From contig CAVRYV010000012.1 in NCBI GenBank assembly GCA_963725555.1, positions 197,962 to 261,961 on the forward strand: DNA of 64,000 nt, given 5' to 3'. The notes under the pieces are model-generated. The model had not been told where the DNA came from, ran no database searches, and saw only the letters and a list, made by a program, of their open reading frames with translations. The position numbers and the translations under genes were made by a program. Of the stretch, positions 17,914 to 27,671 are shown one piece after another. The stretch is from an uncultured Pseudomonadota bacterium (GTDB lineage: Bacteria; Pseudomonadota; Alphaproteobacteria; Rhizobiales; Xanthobacteraceae). Position 1 is the first letter of the stretch, and each line of letters opens with the position of its first letter.

Positions 17914-18351
17914 TTGAACAGCAGCCTGAATCCGCCGAGCCTCGCCGCGGCCATTACGGCGAAGGGTTTTACCCATGCCGCCGGTTTTTGCGTTGTCTCG
18001 GCTCAACCCGGGAGCGCCGAACTCTCATTGGCGCGCCGGCCGGACCTGCTGCAGTTCTTTGGTCATTTTCACGGTGGCGTCATTACCGCGCTGGCCGACC
18101 AGGCGGCCGGTATTGCTGTGACCTCGGGATTGCCAAAGGGGCGGATCGGGGTCACCGTCGATATCAACGTCAATTTTCTCAGCCCGGCGGACGGCAAGGA
18201 ACTTGTGGCCCGCGCCAAGATCCTGAAAATGTCGGGATCGATCGGTGTCGCCACCGTCGAAATCTTTACCAAAGACGAAACTTCCGAGCGCCTTTGCGCC
18301 TTCTGCACCGCCACCCTGCGCGCCCTCGATCTGCCAGCCGAGCACCAATGA
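17914..18351 (+). CDS. PaaI family thioesterase
   Basis: FHGGVITALADQAAG hotdog motif; stop overlaps the next start. Confidence 0.85.
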   Translation: MNSSLNPPSLAAAITAKGFTHAAGFCVVSAQPGSAELSLARRPDLLQFFGHFHGGVITALADQAAGIAVTSGLPKGRIGVTVDINVNFLSPADGKELVARAKILKMSGSIGVATVEIFTKDETSERLCAFCTATLRALDLPAEHQ

Positions 18352-19514
18352 CCGCAACAGAACAAGACGATCATTCCGAGATCCGCGAAGCCGTCGCCAA
18401 ATTGTGCGCGCAGTTCCCCGGCGAATACTGGCGCAAGCTCGACCGCGAGATGGCCTACCCCAGTGCGTTCGTCGATGCGCTGACCACAGCCGGATATCTG
18501 TCGGTATTGATCCCCGAGGAATATGGCGGCGCGGGCCTGAAATTATCCGCCGCGGCTGCAATTCTGGAAGAAATCCAGCGCGCCGGATGCAACGGCGGCG
18601 GTTGCCACGCCCAGATGTACACCATGGGCACGCTGCTGCGGCATGGCAGCGATGCGCAGAAATCGAAATGGCTGCCGAAGGTCGCCAGCGGCGAATTGCG
18701 GCTGCAGGCGTTCGGGGTGACCGAGCCGACCAGCGGCACCGACACCTCGTCGCTGAAGACTTTTGCCAAGCGTGACGGCAATGACGGCTACATCGTCAAC
18801 GGTCAGAAAATCTGGACCAGCCGCGCCGAATATTCCGACCTGATGATCCTGTTGGCGCGCACCACGCCGAAGGAGCAATCCAAAAAGCGCACCGATGGCC
18901 TGTCGGTGTTCATCGTCGACATGAAAGCGGCCAAGAATAACGGGCTCTCGATCAGCCCGATCCGCACCATGATGAACCACTCGACCACCGAGGTTTTCTT
19001 TACCGATCTTCGGGTGCCTGCGGAAAATCTGATCGGCGAGGAAGGCAAGGGCTTTCGCTACATCCTTTCCGGCATGAATGCCGAGCGCATCCTGATCGCG
19101 GCGGAATGCATCGGTGACGCCAAATGGTTTATCGCCAAGGCATCCAGTTACGCCAAGGAGCGCGCGGTGTTCGGCCGTCCGATCGGCCAGAATCAAGGCA
19201 TCCAGTTTCCGATCGCCAAAGCCTATGCTGCGATGCGCGCCGCCGAACTGATGGTTCGAGAGGCCACCCGCAAATACGAAGCCGGGCTGGATTGCGGCGC
19301 CGAGGCCAATATGGCCAAGATGATCGCAGCCGACGCCTCCTGGGAAGCCGCCAATGCCTGCGTGCAAACCCATGGCGGTTTCGGCTTCGCCGAAGAATAC
19401 GATGTCGAACGCAAATTCCGCGAGACAAGGCTTTATCAGGTCGCGCCGATCTCGACCAACCTCATCCTGTCATTCCTGGCCGAGCATGTGCTGGGCATGC
19501 CGCGCTCCTACTGA
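18348..19514 (+). CDS. Acyl-CoA dehydrogenase
   Basis: FGVTEPTSGTDT, GQKIWTSR, LYQVAPISTNLIL. Confidence 0.9.
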   Translation: MTATEQDDHSEIREAVAKLCAQFPGEYWRKLDREMAYPSAFVDALTTAGYLSVLIPEEYGGAGLKLSAAAAILEEIQRAGCNGGGCHAQMYTMGTLLRHGSDAQKSKWLPKVASGELRLQAFGVTEPTSGTDTSSLKTFAKRDGNDGYIVNGQKIWTSRAEYSDLMILLARTTPKEQSKKRTDGLSVFIVDMKAAKNNGLSISPIRTMMNHSTTEVFFTDLRVPAENLIGEEGKGFRYILSGMNAERILIAAECIGDAKWFIAKASSYAKERAVFGRPIGQNQGIQFPIAKAYAAMRAAELMVREATRKYEAGLDCGAEANMAKMIAADASWEAANACVQTHGGFGFAEEYDVERKFRETRLYQVAPISTNLILSFLAEHVLGMPRSY

Positions 19515-19523
19515 GAGGATCAG

Positions 19524-20657
19524 ATGCTGCCGCTGGAAGGGATAACCGTCATCGCCGTCGAACAAGCGGTCGCAGCGCCCTTCTGCAGTTCGCGGCTGGC
19601 CGATGCCGGCGCGCATGTCATCAAAGTGGAGCGGCCCGAGGGCGATTTTGCGCGCGGCTACGATGCCGCGGCAAAGGGACAAAGCAGCTACTTCGTCTGG
19701 CTCAACCGCGGCAAGGACTCCGTGGTCATCGACCTTGCGACCAGAGACGGACGCGAAGGCCTCGAACAAATGCTCGCCGGCGCCGACGTGCTGCTCCAGA
19801 ACCTCAAACCGGGCTCGATGGACAAGCTCGGTTTCTCGCTTGAGCGTCTGCGAAAGGATTATCCCGCGCTGATCTGCTGCACCATCTCGGGTTACGGCGA
19901 TGACGGCCCCTATGCGGATCGCAAGGCCTATGATCTCCTGATTCAGGCAGAGAGCGGGTTGGCCTCGATCACCGGCGGCCCGGATGGCCCTTCGCGGGTC
20001 GGCATTTCTGTCGTCGATATCGCCACCGGTGCCACCGCGCAGTCCGCCATTCTGGAGGCGCTGATCGCCCGGACACGTACCGGCAAGGGCGCCGACATCC
20101 GGATCTCGATGTTCGACGTCATGGCTGACTGGCTGTCGGTGCCGCTGCTCAACGCCGAAGCCGGCAATCCGCCCAAGCGCATGGCGCTGGCCCATCCCTC
20201 GATCGCGCCTTACGGCGTTTTTAGCTCAAAGGACGGCAAGGGAATCCTGATCTCGATCCAGAGCGAGCGCGAATGGAAGAAATTGTGCGCCGATGTTCTG
20301 GGACAACCGGCGCTTCCCGGCGATCCGCGATTTTCCAATATGGTCGAGCGCGTGCGCAACCGCCAACTCACCGACAAGATCGTCGGCGACAGCTTTGCGA
20401 CCATGACCCGAGGCGACCTCCTGAAGCGCCTGGCCGATGCCGATATCGCGTTCGCCGAGGTTAACACCATGGTTGATCTCGCGGTGCATCCGCATCTGCG
20501 CCGCATCGAGGTCGATACGCCAAACGGCAAGGTGACCTACGCGGCGCCCGCCACGATCTTTGTCGGTGAGCCGCGCCATTATGGCGCGGTGCCCGCCATC
20601 GGCGAGCGCCCCTCCGAGACCGCCGAGCATTCCCACAAGGCAGCGAGCCAGTCATGA
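19524..20657 (+). CDS. CaiB/BaiF (family III) CoA-transferase
   Basis: EQAVAAPFCS, VIKVERPEGD, LNRGKDS. Confidence 0.9.
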   Translation: MLPLEGITVIAVEQAVAAPFCSSRLADAGAHVIKVERPEGDFARGYDAAAKGQSSYFVWLNRGKDSVVIDLATRDGREGLEQMLAGADVLLQNLKPGSMDKLGFSLERLRKDYPALICCTISGYGDDGPYADRKAYDLLIQAESGLASITGGPDGPSRVGISVVDIATGATAQSAILEALIARTRTGKGADIRISMFDVMADWLSVPLLNAEAGNPPKRMALAHPSIAPYGVFSSKDGKGILISIQSEREWKKLCADVLGQPALPGDPRFSNMVERVRNRQLTDKIVGDSFATMTRGDLLKRLADADIAFAEVNTMVDLAVHPHLRRIEVDTPNGKVTYAAPATIFVGEPRHYGAVPAIGERPSETAEHSHKAASQS

Positions 20658-21511
20658 CAGAAGCCATCGATCTCGATCATCTCAGGCAATGGATCGGCCG
20701 CACCGAAGAGAAAACCGATATCGTGACCGCGTATCTGGTGGCGGGATTGCGTTCTACGTTGTTTCTTGATGTCGGCAAGCCGAAGGAGGGCGACGCGGCG
20801 CCGTTCACCGCGCATTGGTGCCTGACGCTTCCGGTGGTTCCGCTGTCGGAAGTAAGCGCCGATGGCCATCCCAATCGTGGCGGCTTCCTGCCGCCGGTGC
20901 CATTGCCGCGCCGGATGTGGGCCGGCGGTGAGATCAACTTCATCGAGCCGCTGCGCGTCGGCGATGTCGTGACGCGCACATCGACGATCAAGGATCTGTC
21001 GCTGAAGACCGGCAGCACCGGCACGCTGTGTTTCGTCTCGGTCGACCATGTGATCTCTTCGCCCCGCGGCGTCGCGACCCGCGAGCGCCACGACATCGTC
21101 TATCGCGAGATGCCCGCGGACGGACAGAACGCCACACCCGCCAAGCCGCCGGCAGCACCTCCTGCGGCGCGGCATTCCGAACGGCATCTCGCCGATCCGG
21201 TGTTGCTGTTTCGCTATTCGGCGCTGACCTTCAACGGGCACCGTATCCATTACGATCGCGACTACGTCACCAAGGTGGAAGGTTATCCCGGCCTGATCGT
21301 CCACGGCCCGCTGCAGGCGGCGCTGCTGATTGAACTGGCGGCGAAACTCCATGGCGGCAAGGCGCCGGCGGCGTTTGTGTATCGCGGGCTGCAGCCGCTA
21401 TTCGACGGCAGCGAATTCAGCGTCAATGCCGCCGACGTTTCGGAAGGCCTCGACCTGTGGACCGCCAATTCGGCGGGGCAGCCCACGATGCGGGGCACCG
21501 CGACGTGGTGA
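20654..21511 (+). CDS. Double-hotdog MaoC-like hydratase (itaconyl-/mesaconyl-CoA hydratase-like)
   Basis: PRRMWAGG, LFRYSALTFNGHRIHYD, LIVHGPL. Confidence 0.82.
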   Translation: MTEAIDLDHLRQWIGRTEEKTDIVTAYLVAGLRSTLFLDVGKPKEGDAAPFTAHWCLTLPVVPLSEVSADGHPNRGGFLPPVPLPRRMWAGGEINFIEPLRVGDVVTRTSTIKDLSLKTGSTGTLCFVSVDHVISSPRGVATRERHDIVYREMPADGQNATPAKPPAAPPAARHSERHLADPVLLFRYSALTFNGHRIHYDRDYVTKVEGYPGLIVHGPLQAALLIELAAKLHGGKAPAAFVYRGLQPLFDGSEFSVNAADVSEGLDLWTANSAGQPTMRGTATW

Positions 21512-21518
21512 AATTACC

Positions 21519-21607
21519 GTCATTGCGGACGCAGCGAAGCAATCCAGAACTTGAATGACTAGCTGCAATTGCTGGATGGCTTCGTCGCTGCGCTCCTCGC
21601 AACGACG
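21519..21607. repeat. Palindromic repeat, GTCATTGCG family
   Basis: gtcattgcgg...gaagcaatccag ... ctggatggcttcgtcgct...cgcaacgac. Confidence 0.75.
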
Positions 21608-21642
21608 AGCGCCATATTTGAGTCCTTTAGAGGTTACACGTA

Positions 21643-23268
21643 TTGTCTCGTAAACCCGCCAACGCTCTCGGCACTTCGGTCAGCGTCAAGGACGCAACGC
21701 TCGATCTGTTGCGGGCGTTCGGAATCCGAAAGGTGTTCGGCAATCCCGGCTCGACCGAATTGCCGTTCCTGAGCGACTGGCCCGACGATATCGACTACGT
21801 GCTGGGACTACAGGAAGCGTCTGTGATCGGCATGGCCGATGGTTACGCCCAGGCCACCCGCAACGCCGGCTTTGTCAATCTTCATTCCGCGGCCGGCGTC
21901 GGCAATGCGCTTGGCAACATCTATACCGCGCACCGCAATCAGACCCCGCTGGTGATTACCGCGGGCCAGCAGGCACGCAGCATCCTGCCGCTGCAGGCCT
22001 TTCTGTATGCCGAACGCGCTTCGGAATTTCCGCGGCCCTATGTCAAGTTCAGCGTCGAACCTGCGCGGCCCGAAGATGTGCCGGCGGCGATCGCGCGCGC
22101 TTATTACGTGGCGATGCAGCCGCCCTGCGGACCGGCCTTCGTCTCGGTGCCGATCGACGACTGGGCCCATCAGGCCCACCCCGTGGCAGCCCGCAATATC
22201 AGCCGCGAGCTTGGCCCGGACCCTGATGCGATGATGGCCCTCGTCGCTGCCCTTTCGGCAAGCAAGCGCCCGGCCCTGGTCGTCGGTCCCGGCATCGATC
22301 GCGCCAGGGCCGTCGATCTGATGGTGCGCCTGGCGGAGAAAGCCAAAGCCGCGGTATGGGTCAGCCCGTTCTCGGCGCGCTGTGGTTTCCCGGAACGGCA
22401 TCCACAATTCGCGGGCTTCCTGCATGCCTCGCCGGCGCAGCTCTCGGATGCCTTGCGCGATCATGATCTGGTGGTCGTGATCGGCGCACCGGTCTTCACC
22501 TTTCATGTCGAAGGCCACGCCTCGATCTTCGATGGCGCGACCACCATTTTCCAGATCACCGACGATGCGACCGCAGCCTCAGTATCGCCGCTCGGCGCCA
22601 GCATCATCGCAACTTTGAAGCCCGCGCTGGCGATGCTGATCGACTTGTTGCCGGAGACCCAACGCGCGTTGCCGGCGGGCCGGGTCCTGCCATCAGCGCC
22701 GGTCGCGGCCGATCCGATCCCGGTCGAATATCTGCTGCACGCGCTCTCGGTCGCGATGCCGGATGACGCCATGCTGGTAGAGGAAGCCCCATCGCATCGT
22801 CCGGCGATGCAGAAGTTCATGCCGATGCGCGGGCAGGACAGTTTTTATACCATGGCGAGCGGGGGTCTCGGTTACGGCCTGCCGGCGTCGGTCGGCATCG
22901 CACTCGGCTGCCCCGAGCGCCGGACGGTTTGCCTGATCGGCGACGGCTCGGCGATGTATTCGATCCAGGCGCTGTGGACGGCGGCGCAGCGCAAGCTGCC
23001 GCTGACGGTCGTAGTGATCAACAACGGCGGCTACGGCGCGATGCGCTCGTTCAGCCAGGTGATGCAGGTGCGCAACGTGCCCGGCCTCGATCTGCCCGGA
23101 ATCGACTTTGTCCAGATCGCGCAGGGGCTCGGCTGCGATGCGGTGCGCATCAGCAAAGCGGCCGAACTTGTGCCCGCGCTGACACGCGGCCTCGCAGATC
23201 ACGGCGTCAGCCTGATCGAAGTGATGGTCGATTCAGCGGTGCCGCTGCTCTATGCGCAGAAGCGTTAG
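21643..23268 (+). CDS. mdlC: Benzoylformate decarboxylase
   Basis: GNPGSTELPFL, NLHSAAG, GDGSAMYSIQALWTA. Confidence 0.85.
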   Translation: MSRKPANALGTSVSVKDATLDLLRAFGIRKVFGNPGSTELPFLSDWPDDIDYVLGLQEASVIGMADGYAQATRNAGFVNLHSAAGVGNALGNIYTAHRNQTPLVITAGQQARSILPLQAFLYAERASEFPRPYVKFSVEPARPEDVPAAIARAYYVAMQPPCGPAFVSVPIDDWAHQAHPVAARNISRELGPDPDAMMALVAALSASKRPALVVGPGIDRARAVDLMVRLAEKAKAAVWVSPFSARCGFPERHPQFAGFLHASPAQLSDALRDHDLVVVIGAPVFTFHVEGHASIFDGATTIFQITDDATAASVSPLGASIIATLKPALAMLIDLLPETQRALPAGRVLPSAPVAADPIPVEYLLHALSVAMPDDAMLVEEAPSHRPAMQKFMPMRGQDSFYTMASGGLGYGLPASVGIALGCPERRTVCLIGDGSAMYSIQALWTAAQRKLPLTVVVINNGGYGAMRSFSQVMQVRNVPGLDLPGIDFVQIAQGLGCDAVRISKAAELVPALTRGLADHGVSLIEVMVDSAVPLLYAQKR

Positions 23269-23284
23269 CGGAAACGCATCATGT

Positions 23285-23357
23285 GTAGCCCGGATGAGCG
23301 CAGCGACATCCGGGAACGGACGTCAACCCCGGATCTCGCGGAGCTCATCCGGGCTAC
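23285..23357. repeat. Full palindromic GTAGCCCGGAT repeat
   Basis: gtagcccggatgagc ... gagctcatccgggctac, between convergent genes. Confidence 0.85.
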
Positions 23358-23399
23358 AATGCTTAGTCAGACTTTCCCGTAGGCTTCGCGCATCTTGGC

Positions 23400-24167
23400 T
23401 TAAATCTTGGCCATGCCGGCGATCCAGCGATCGTAGTTCTCGGTCTTCTTGCGCATGTAGCCTGCGACCTGCGGATGCGGCAGGATCACGAATGTCTCCT
23501 GCTCCAGCCCAAGCAAGACATCCTTGGCCACCTGCTCCGGCGTCAGATCGCCGTCGCCGGATTGCGGGCCTTTCGGGATCGACCGCAGCATATTGGTATC
23601 GACGCCCTGCGGACACAGAATCGAAACCCGGATGCCATGGGCCTTGTGCGAGATCGCCAAATTCTCCGCGAAGCCGACCGCGGCGTGCTTGGTGGTCGAA
23701 TAGGCCGGGCTTCCGACCTGCGACAGCAGACCGGCGGCGGAAATCGTGTTAAGAAAGTACCCGCCCCCGCGCGACTTCATGCGCGGAATCAAATGCCGCG
23801 CGGCGTAGACATGGGCCATGACATTAACGGCCCAGCTTTTAGCCCAGGGCTCATCGGAACTGCCGCCGGCATTCTCCGACAGCGGATCGAAACCGCCGCC
23901 GATGCCGGCATTGGAGCAGAACAGCGCGATCGGGCCGAACCGCCGCTCGGTTTCCTCGATGACGTGGCGAATGTCTTTTTCCTGGCCGACATCGCATTTG
24001 AACGCTGCGCCATCGACCGCGGCGGCGACGGCTTCCGCGCCCGCCAGATCGATATCCGCCACCACGACCTTGCCGGCACCAGCCCGATGAAAGGCTTCGC
24101 AAAGGGCGCGGCCGATGCCGTTGGCGCCTCCGGTGACAACCACGACCTTGCCGGCGACCTGCATCAT
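23400..24167 (-). CDS. SDR family oxidoreductase (possibly truncated by a premature TAA)
   Basis: TGGANGIG, NAG, YSTTK; frame continues AKMREAYGKV to TGA at 23367. Confidence 0.85.
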   Translation of the reverse strand: MMQVAGKVVVVTGGANGIGRALCEAFHRAGAGKVVVADIDLAGAEAVAAAVDGAAFKCDVGQEKDIRHVIEETERRFGPIALFCSNAGIGGGFDPLSENAGGSSDEPWAKSWAVNVMAHVYAARHLIPRMKSRGGGYFLNTISAAGLLSQVGSPAYSTTKHAAVGFAENLAISHKAHGIRVSILCPQGVDTNMLRSIPKGPQSGDGDLTPEQVAKDVLLGLEQETFVILPHPQVAGYMRKKTENYDRWIAGMAKI

Positions 24168-24181
24168 GACACTCCGTTTGC

Positions 24182-24285
24182 CAGAGCCCTTTCCGTTCCG
24201 ATGGAATCGGAACGGAGGCTCTATTTGTTATTTTAACGCGTTTTCCTTACGCGAACCGGTATCCACTTCGACGGAAAACGCTCTG
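24182..24285. mobile_element. MITE-like element (104 bp) with IS630-like termini
   Basis: TIRs CAGAGCCCTTTCCG / CAGAGCGTTTTCCG (12 of 14 match); internal 10-bp hairpin ccgttccgat/atcggaacgg. Confidence 0.7.
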
Positions 24286-24290
24286 AAATC

Positions 24291-24986
24291 TCAGGCCAGA
24301 ACGAGATCCAGCACGGCGGTATAATGGCAGGCGGCGCCCAGCAGCACAAAGCCATGCCAGATCGCATTCTGAAATCTTAAGCGCCGCCAGGCGTGGAAGA
24401 TAACCCCGAAACTATAGAGCAAACCCCCGGCGACAATGAACCACAGCGCCAGCCGCGGCAGCGACGACAGGCCCGCATCGAAGGCAATCAACCCGCTCCA
24501 ACCCATCGCCAGATAAAGACCCACCGATACCCTGTCAAAGCGTCCCGGGAAAAAAAGCTTCAACACGATTCCGACGACGGCCACGCTCCAAACACCTGTC
24601 AGCAACGACATTGCAAACACGCGGTCCTGCAGTTGGGCAAAGACCGGCGTATAGGTCGCGGCGATCAGAATGTAGATCGCGGAATGATCGAAGCGGCGCA
24701 GCAGCCATTTTCGTCGCGACACCGGCCAGAGATTATAGGCGGCTGAAAATCCAAGCATCGCCAACAGGCCCGCAGCGTAGACCGAGACCGACACAATTTC
24801 ATAGGCGGACGCGAATACGCCAGCCAGCACGATCAGCACGGTGACCGCGACCAAGCCACAGAACACGCCGATCCCATGGACGACGCCGTCGGCGATCAGC
24901 TCGGCACGATCGTAATTCCAGCGCATGGCGCCGGCCGCCGCGTGGGCTGACGTCGAGGCGAGTTGCTTCAGTCTGAAGATGGTCAT
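24291..24986 (-). CDS. Hemolysin III / PAQR family membrane protein
   Basis: SAAYN, RRFDHSAIYILIAATYTP, NAIWHGFVLLGAACHY. Confidence 0.9.
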   Translation of the reverse strand: MTIFRLKQLASTSAHAAAGAMRWNYDRAELIADGVVHGIGVFCGLVAVTVLIVLAGVFASAYEIVSVSVYAAGLLAMLGFSAAYNLWPVSRRKWLLRRFDHSAIYILIAATYTPVFAQLQDRVFAMSLLTGVWSVAVVGIVLKLFFPGRFDRVSVGLYLAMGWSGLIAFDAGLSSLPRLALWFIVAGGLLYSFGVIFHAWRRLRFQNAIWHGFVLLGAACHYTAVLDLVLA

Positions 24987-25173
24987 GTCGGCCCGGCAAA
25001 CTGAATGGCGAAGCAATAAATCATGCCTCGTCGAGGTTAACGAACCCCGGCAGGGGGACTCCTCGGCTCAAATCGCGTCCTAAATATGAAGCTTGATTTC
25101 CGCCGGCCCATCGCCACTTTCCTGATAGTTTTCCGTCCCATAGCCCTCTATCAAACCGAGCTCTCCCGCCCGC

Positions 25174-26643
25174 ATGGCCCTCAGTTTTTCCGATATCGTC
25201 GAGGAAGCGCGGCTGTCGGCACGGGCTATGCTGGACTATGGCGAGCATTTTTTCAATCCGACGGTGCGGCTCGGCGTCACAGGCCTGTCTCGCGCCGGCA
25301 AGACTGTCTTTATTACGGCGTTGATTCACGGCCTCACCCGCGGCGGACGTTTCCCGATCTTTGAGCCGTTTGCCACCGGGCGGATCGCGCAAGCCCGGCT
25401 TGAGCCGCAGCCCGACGATGCGGTGCCGCGCTTCGACTATGAAAACCATGTCCGCACGCTGATCGAGGAACGGCGCTGGCCGAATTCGACCGTCGATATC
25501 AGCGAGCTGCGGCTGGTCATCGACTACCAGCGGCAAAATGGCGCGGACCGCACCTTGACGCTCGACATCGTCGACTATCCCGGCGAATGGCTGCTCGACC
25601 TGCCACTGCTGAACAAAAGTTACGAGCAATGGTCGGGTGAAAGCCTTGCGCTGTCGCGGGAGCGGCTGCGCGCACCGCTCGCGACCGAGTGGCACGCGTA
25701 TCTCGCAACCCTGAACGCCGGGAATCGCGAAAACGAACAGGCCGCCCTGACCGCCGCGCGGCTGTTCACCGATTACTTGCGGGCCTGCCGCGACGAACGC
25801 TTCGCCATGAGCCTGCTACCGCCGGGCCGCTTCCTGATGCCGGGTAACCTTGCAGGTTCGCCGGCGCTGACATTCGCGCCGCTTGAGCTGCCAACCGACG
25901 GCGCGGCGCCCGACGGGTCGTTGTGGGCGATGATGCGCAGGCGTTACGAGGCCTATAAGGACGTGGTGGTTCGGCCGTTCTTTCGCGATCATTTCTCGCG
26001 GCTCGATCGTCAGGTGGTTCTGGTCGATGCGCTGGCGGCGTTCAACGCGGGGCCTGAAGCGCTGCAGGATCTCGAGGCGGCGCTGGCCGGAATCCTGGAT
26101 TGTTTCAGGATCGGGCGCAGCACGCTGTTCAGCAATTTGTTTCGGCCGCGGATCGACCGCATCCTGTTCGCCGCGACCAAGGCGGACCATTTGCACCATT
26201 CGAGCCACGATCGTCTCGAAGCGGTGTTGCGGCGAACCGTGGCGAGGGCCGCGGCCCGCGCCGAATACGCCGGCGCCGAGATCGACGTCGTTGCGCTGGC
26301 CGCCGTGCGCGCCACCCGCGAGGCCCAGGTGCAGCGCGGCCGGGAAAAGCTGCCCTCGATCCTCGGTACGCCCGCCGCCAACGCGACGGCTGGCAATGAG
26401 GCCTTTGACGGCGAAACCGAAGTTGCGACCTTTCCCGGCGATCTGCCATCCGATCCGGAACAGCTTTTCAGGGGTGAAGGCGCGTTTCGCGGCTTGTCGA
26501 GCGCGCCGGCTGAAAAGACCGATTTTCGCTTTCTTCGTTTTCGGCCGCCGCTTCTCGAGAAAGAGGGGGCCGATGGCCCGGTGCTGCCTCATATCCGCCT
26601 CGACCGCGCCCTCCAGTTCCTGATCGGAGACAAGCTGCAATGA
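25174..26643 (+). CDS. ycjX: YcjX family P-loop NTPase
   Basis: GVTGLSRAGKT, DYPGEWLLDLPL, FAATKADH. Confidence 0.9.
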   Translation: MALSFSDIVEEARLSARAMLDYGEHFFNPTVRLGVTGLSRAGKTVFITALIHGLTRGGRFPIFEPFATGRIAQARLEPQPDDAVPRFDYENHVRTLIEERRWPNSTVDISELRLVIDYQRQNGADRTLTLDIVDYPGEWLLDLPLLNKSYEQWSGESLALSRERLRAPLATEWHAYLATLNAGNRENEQAALTAARLFTDYLRACRDERFAMSLLPPGRFLMPGNLAGSPALTFAPLELPTDGAAPDGSLWAMMRRRYEAYKDVVVRPFFRDHFSRLDRQVVLVDALAAFNAGPEALQDLEAALAGILDCFRIGRSTLFSNLFRPRIDRILFAATKADHLHHSSHDRLEAVLRRTVARAAARAEYAGAEIDVVALAAVRATREAQVQRGREKLPSILGTPAANATAGNEAFDGETEVATFPGDLPSDPEQLFRGEGAFRGLSSAPAEKTDFRFLRFRPPLLEKEGADGPVLPHIRLDRALQFLIGDKLQ

Positions 26644-27671
26644 GCGAGCGACCTCATCCTCGACGGCCGGTGACCTTCAAGCTCGACGATCCCAGCGTGA
26701 TCGTGATGGATCCCGACGATTCCAGCCGCCCGTCCCGCGGCACGGTGCACATCACGCCGGAAGCCGACCCTGCGCTGCTGCCGGTCCCGATCGAGGCGCC
26801 GGTCCTTCGCCCTCAGCGCGGTCTGCGCTGGGGCACGCTGTTCTGGACCGCGGTCGGTGGACTCACCCTGCTCGGCGTCGGGCTCGGCGTTACCAGCCTG
26901 ATCGAGGATCTGTTCGCGCGCAGCGAGAGCCTTGGCTTTCTCGGACTGACGTTTGCTCTCGTTGCGGCGCTGGCATTATCGGTTGTCGTCGCGCGCGAAG
27001 CCTTCGGGCTGGCGCGCCTTGCGGTCATCGAAAAGCTGCATCAGCGCGCCGCCGCGGCCTTGCTAAGCGATGATCGCGATGAAAGCAGAAGCATCGTGCG
27101 CGAACTTCTCAGGCTCGCGCACCAGAATCCGCAACTGGCGCGGGCGCGCGCCACGCTGCAAGGCCACACCGACGACATCATCGACGGCGCCGATCTGATC
27201 CGGCTGGCGGAGCGCGAATTGATGAGCCCGCTCGATCAGGAAGCGCGCCGTCTGATCTCCTCGGCGGCACAGCGCGTCTCGATCGTCACCGCCGTCAGCC
27301 CGCGCGCCGTGATCGACGTGCTGTTCGTGTTCGCGGCATCCTTGCGCCTGATCCGGCAACTGGCGCGGCTATACGGGGGACGGCCGGGAGCACTCGGAAT
27401 GATCCGGCTGATGCGCCACGTCATCGCGCATGTCGCCATCACCGGCGGCATGGCGGCAAGCGACAGCCTGATCCAGCAGGTGCTCGGCCATGGCATCGCG
27501 GCGAAATTGTCGCAGCGGCTCGGCGAAGGCATTCTCAACGGATTGCTGACCGCGCGGCTCGGTCTCGCCGCGATCGACGTCACGCGGCCGTTGCCGTTCA
27601 CGGCATTGCCACGGCCCGCGCTCGGCGATTTGGCGACCGACCTGCTCCGCAAGCGTGACAGCGACGAATGA
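26640..27671 (+). CDS. ycjF: YcjF / TIGR01620 family membrane protein
   Basis: Two TM helices, TAVSPRA, RLGEGILNGLLTARLG; 4-bp overlap with ycjX. Confidence 0.88.
   Translation: MSERPHPRRPVTFKLDDPSVIVMDPDDSSRPSRGTVHITPEADPALLPVPIEAPVLRPQRGLRWGTLFWTAVGGLTLLGVGLGVTSLIEDLFARSESLGFLGLTFALVAALALSVVVAREAFGLARLAVIEKLHQRAAAALLSDDRDESRSIVRELLRLAHQNPQLARARATLQGHTDDIIDGADLIRLAERELMSPLDQEARRLISSAAQRVSIVTAVSPRAVIDVLFVFAASLRLIRQLARLYGGRPGALGMIRLMRHVIAHVAITGGMAASDSLIQQVLGHGIAAKLSQRLGEGILNGLLTARLGLAAIDVTRPLPFTALPRPALGDLATDLLRKRDSDE

Noticed and set aside
25090-25130. Sigma32 promoter for ycjX (CTTGAT...CCCAT)
   Set aside because: Spacer of about 9 nt is too short for sigma32
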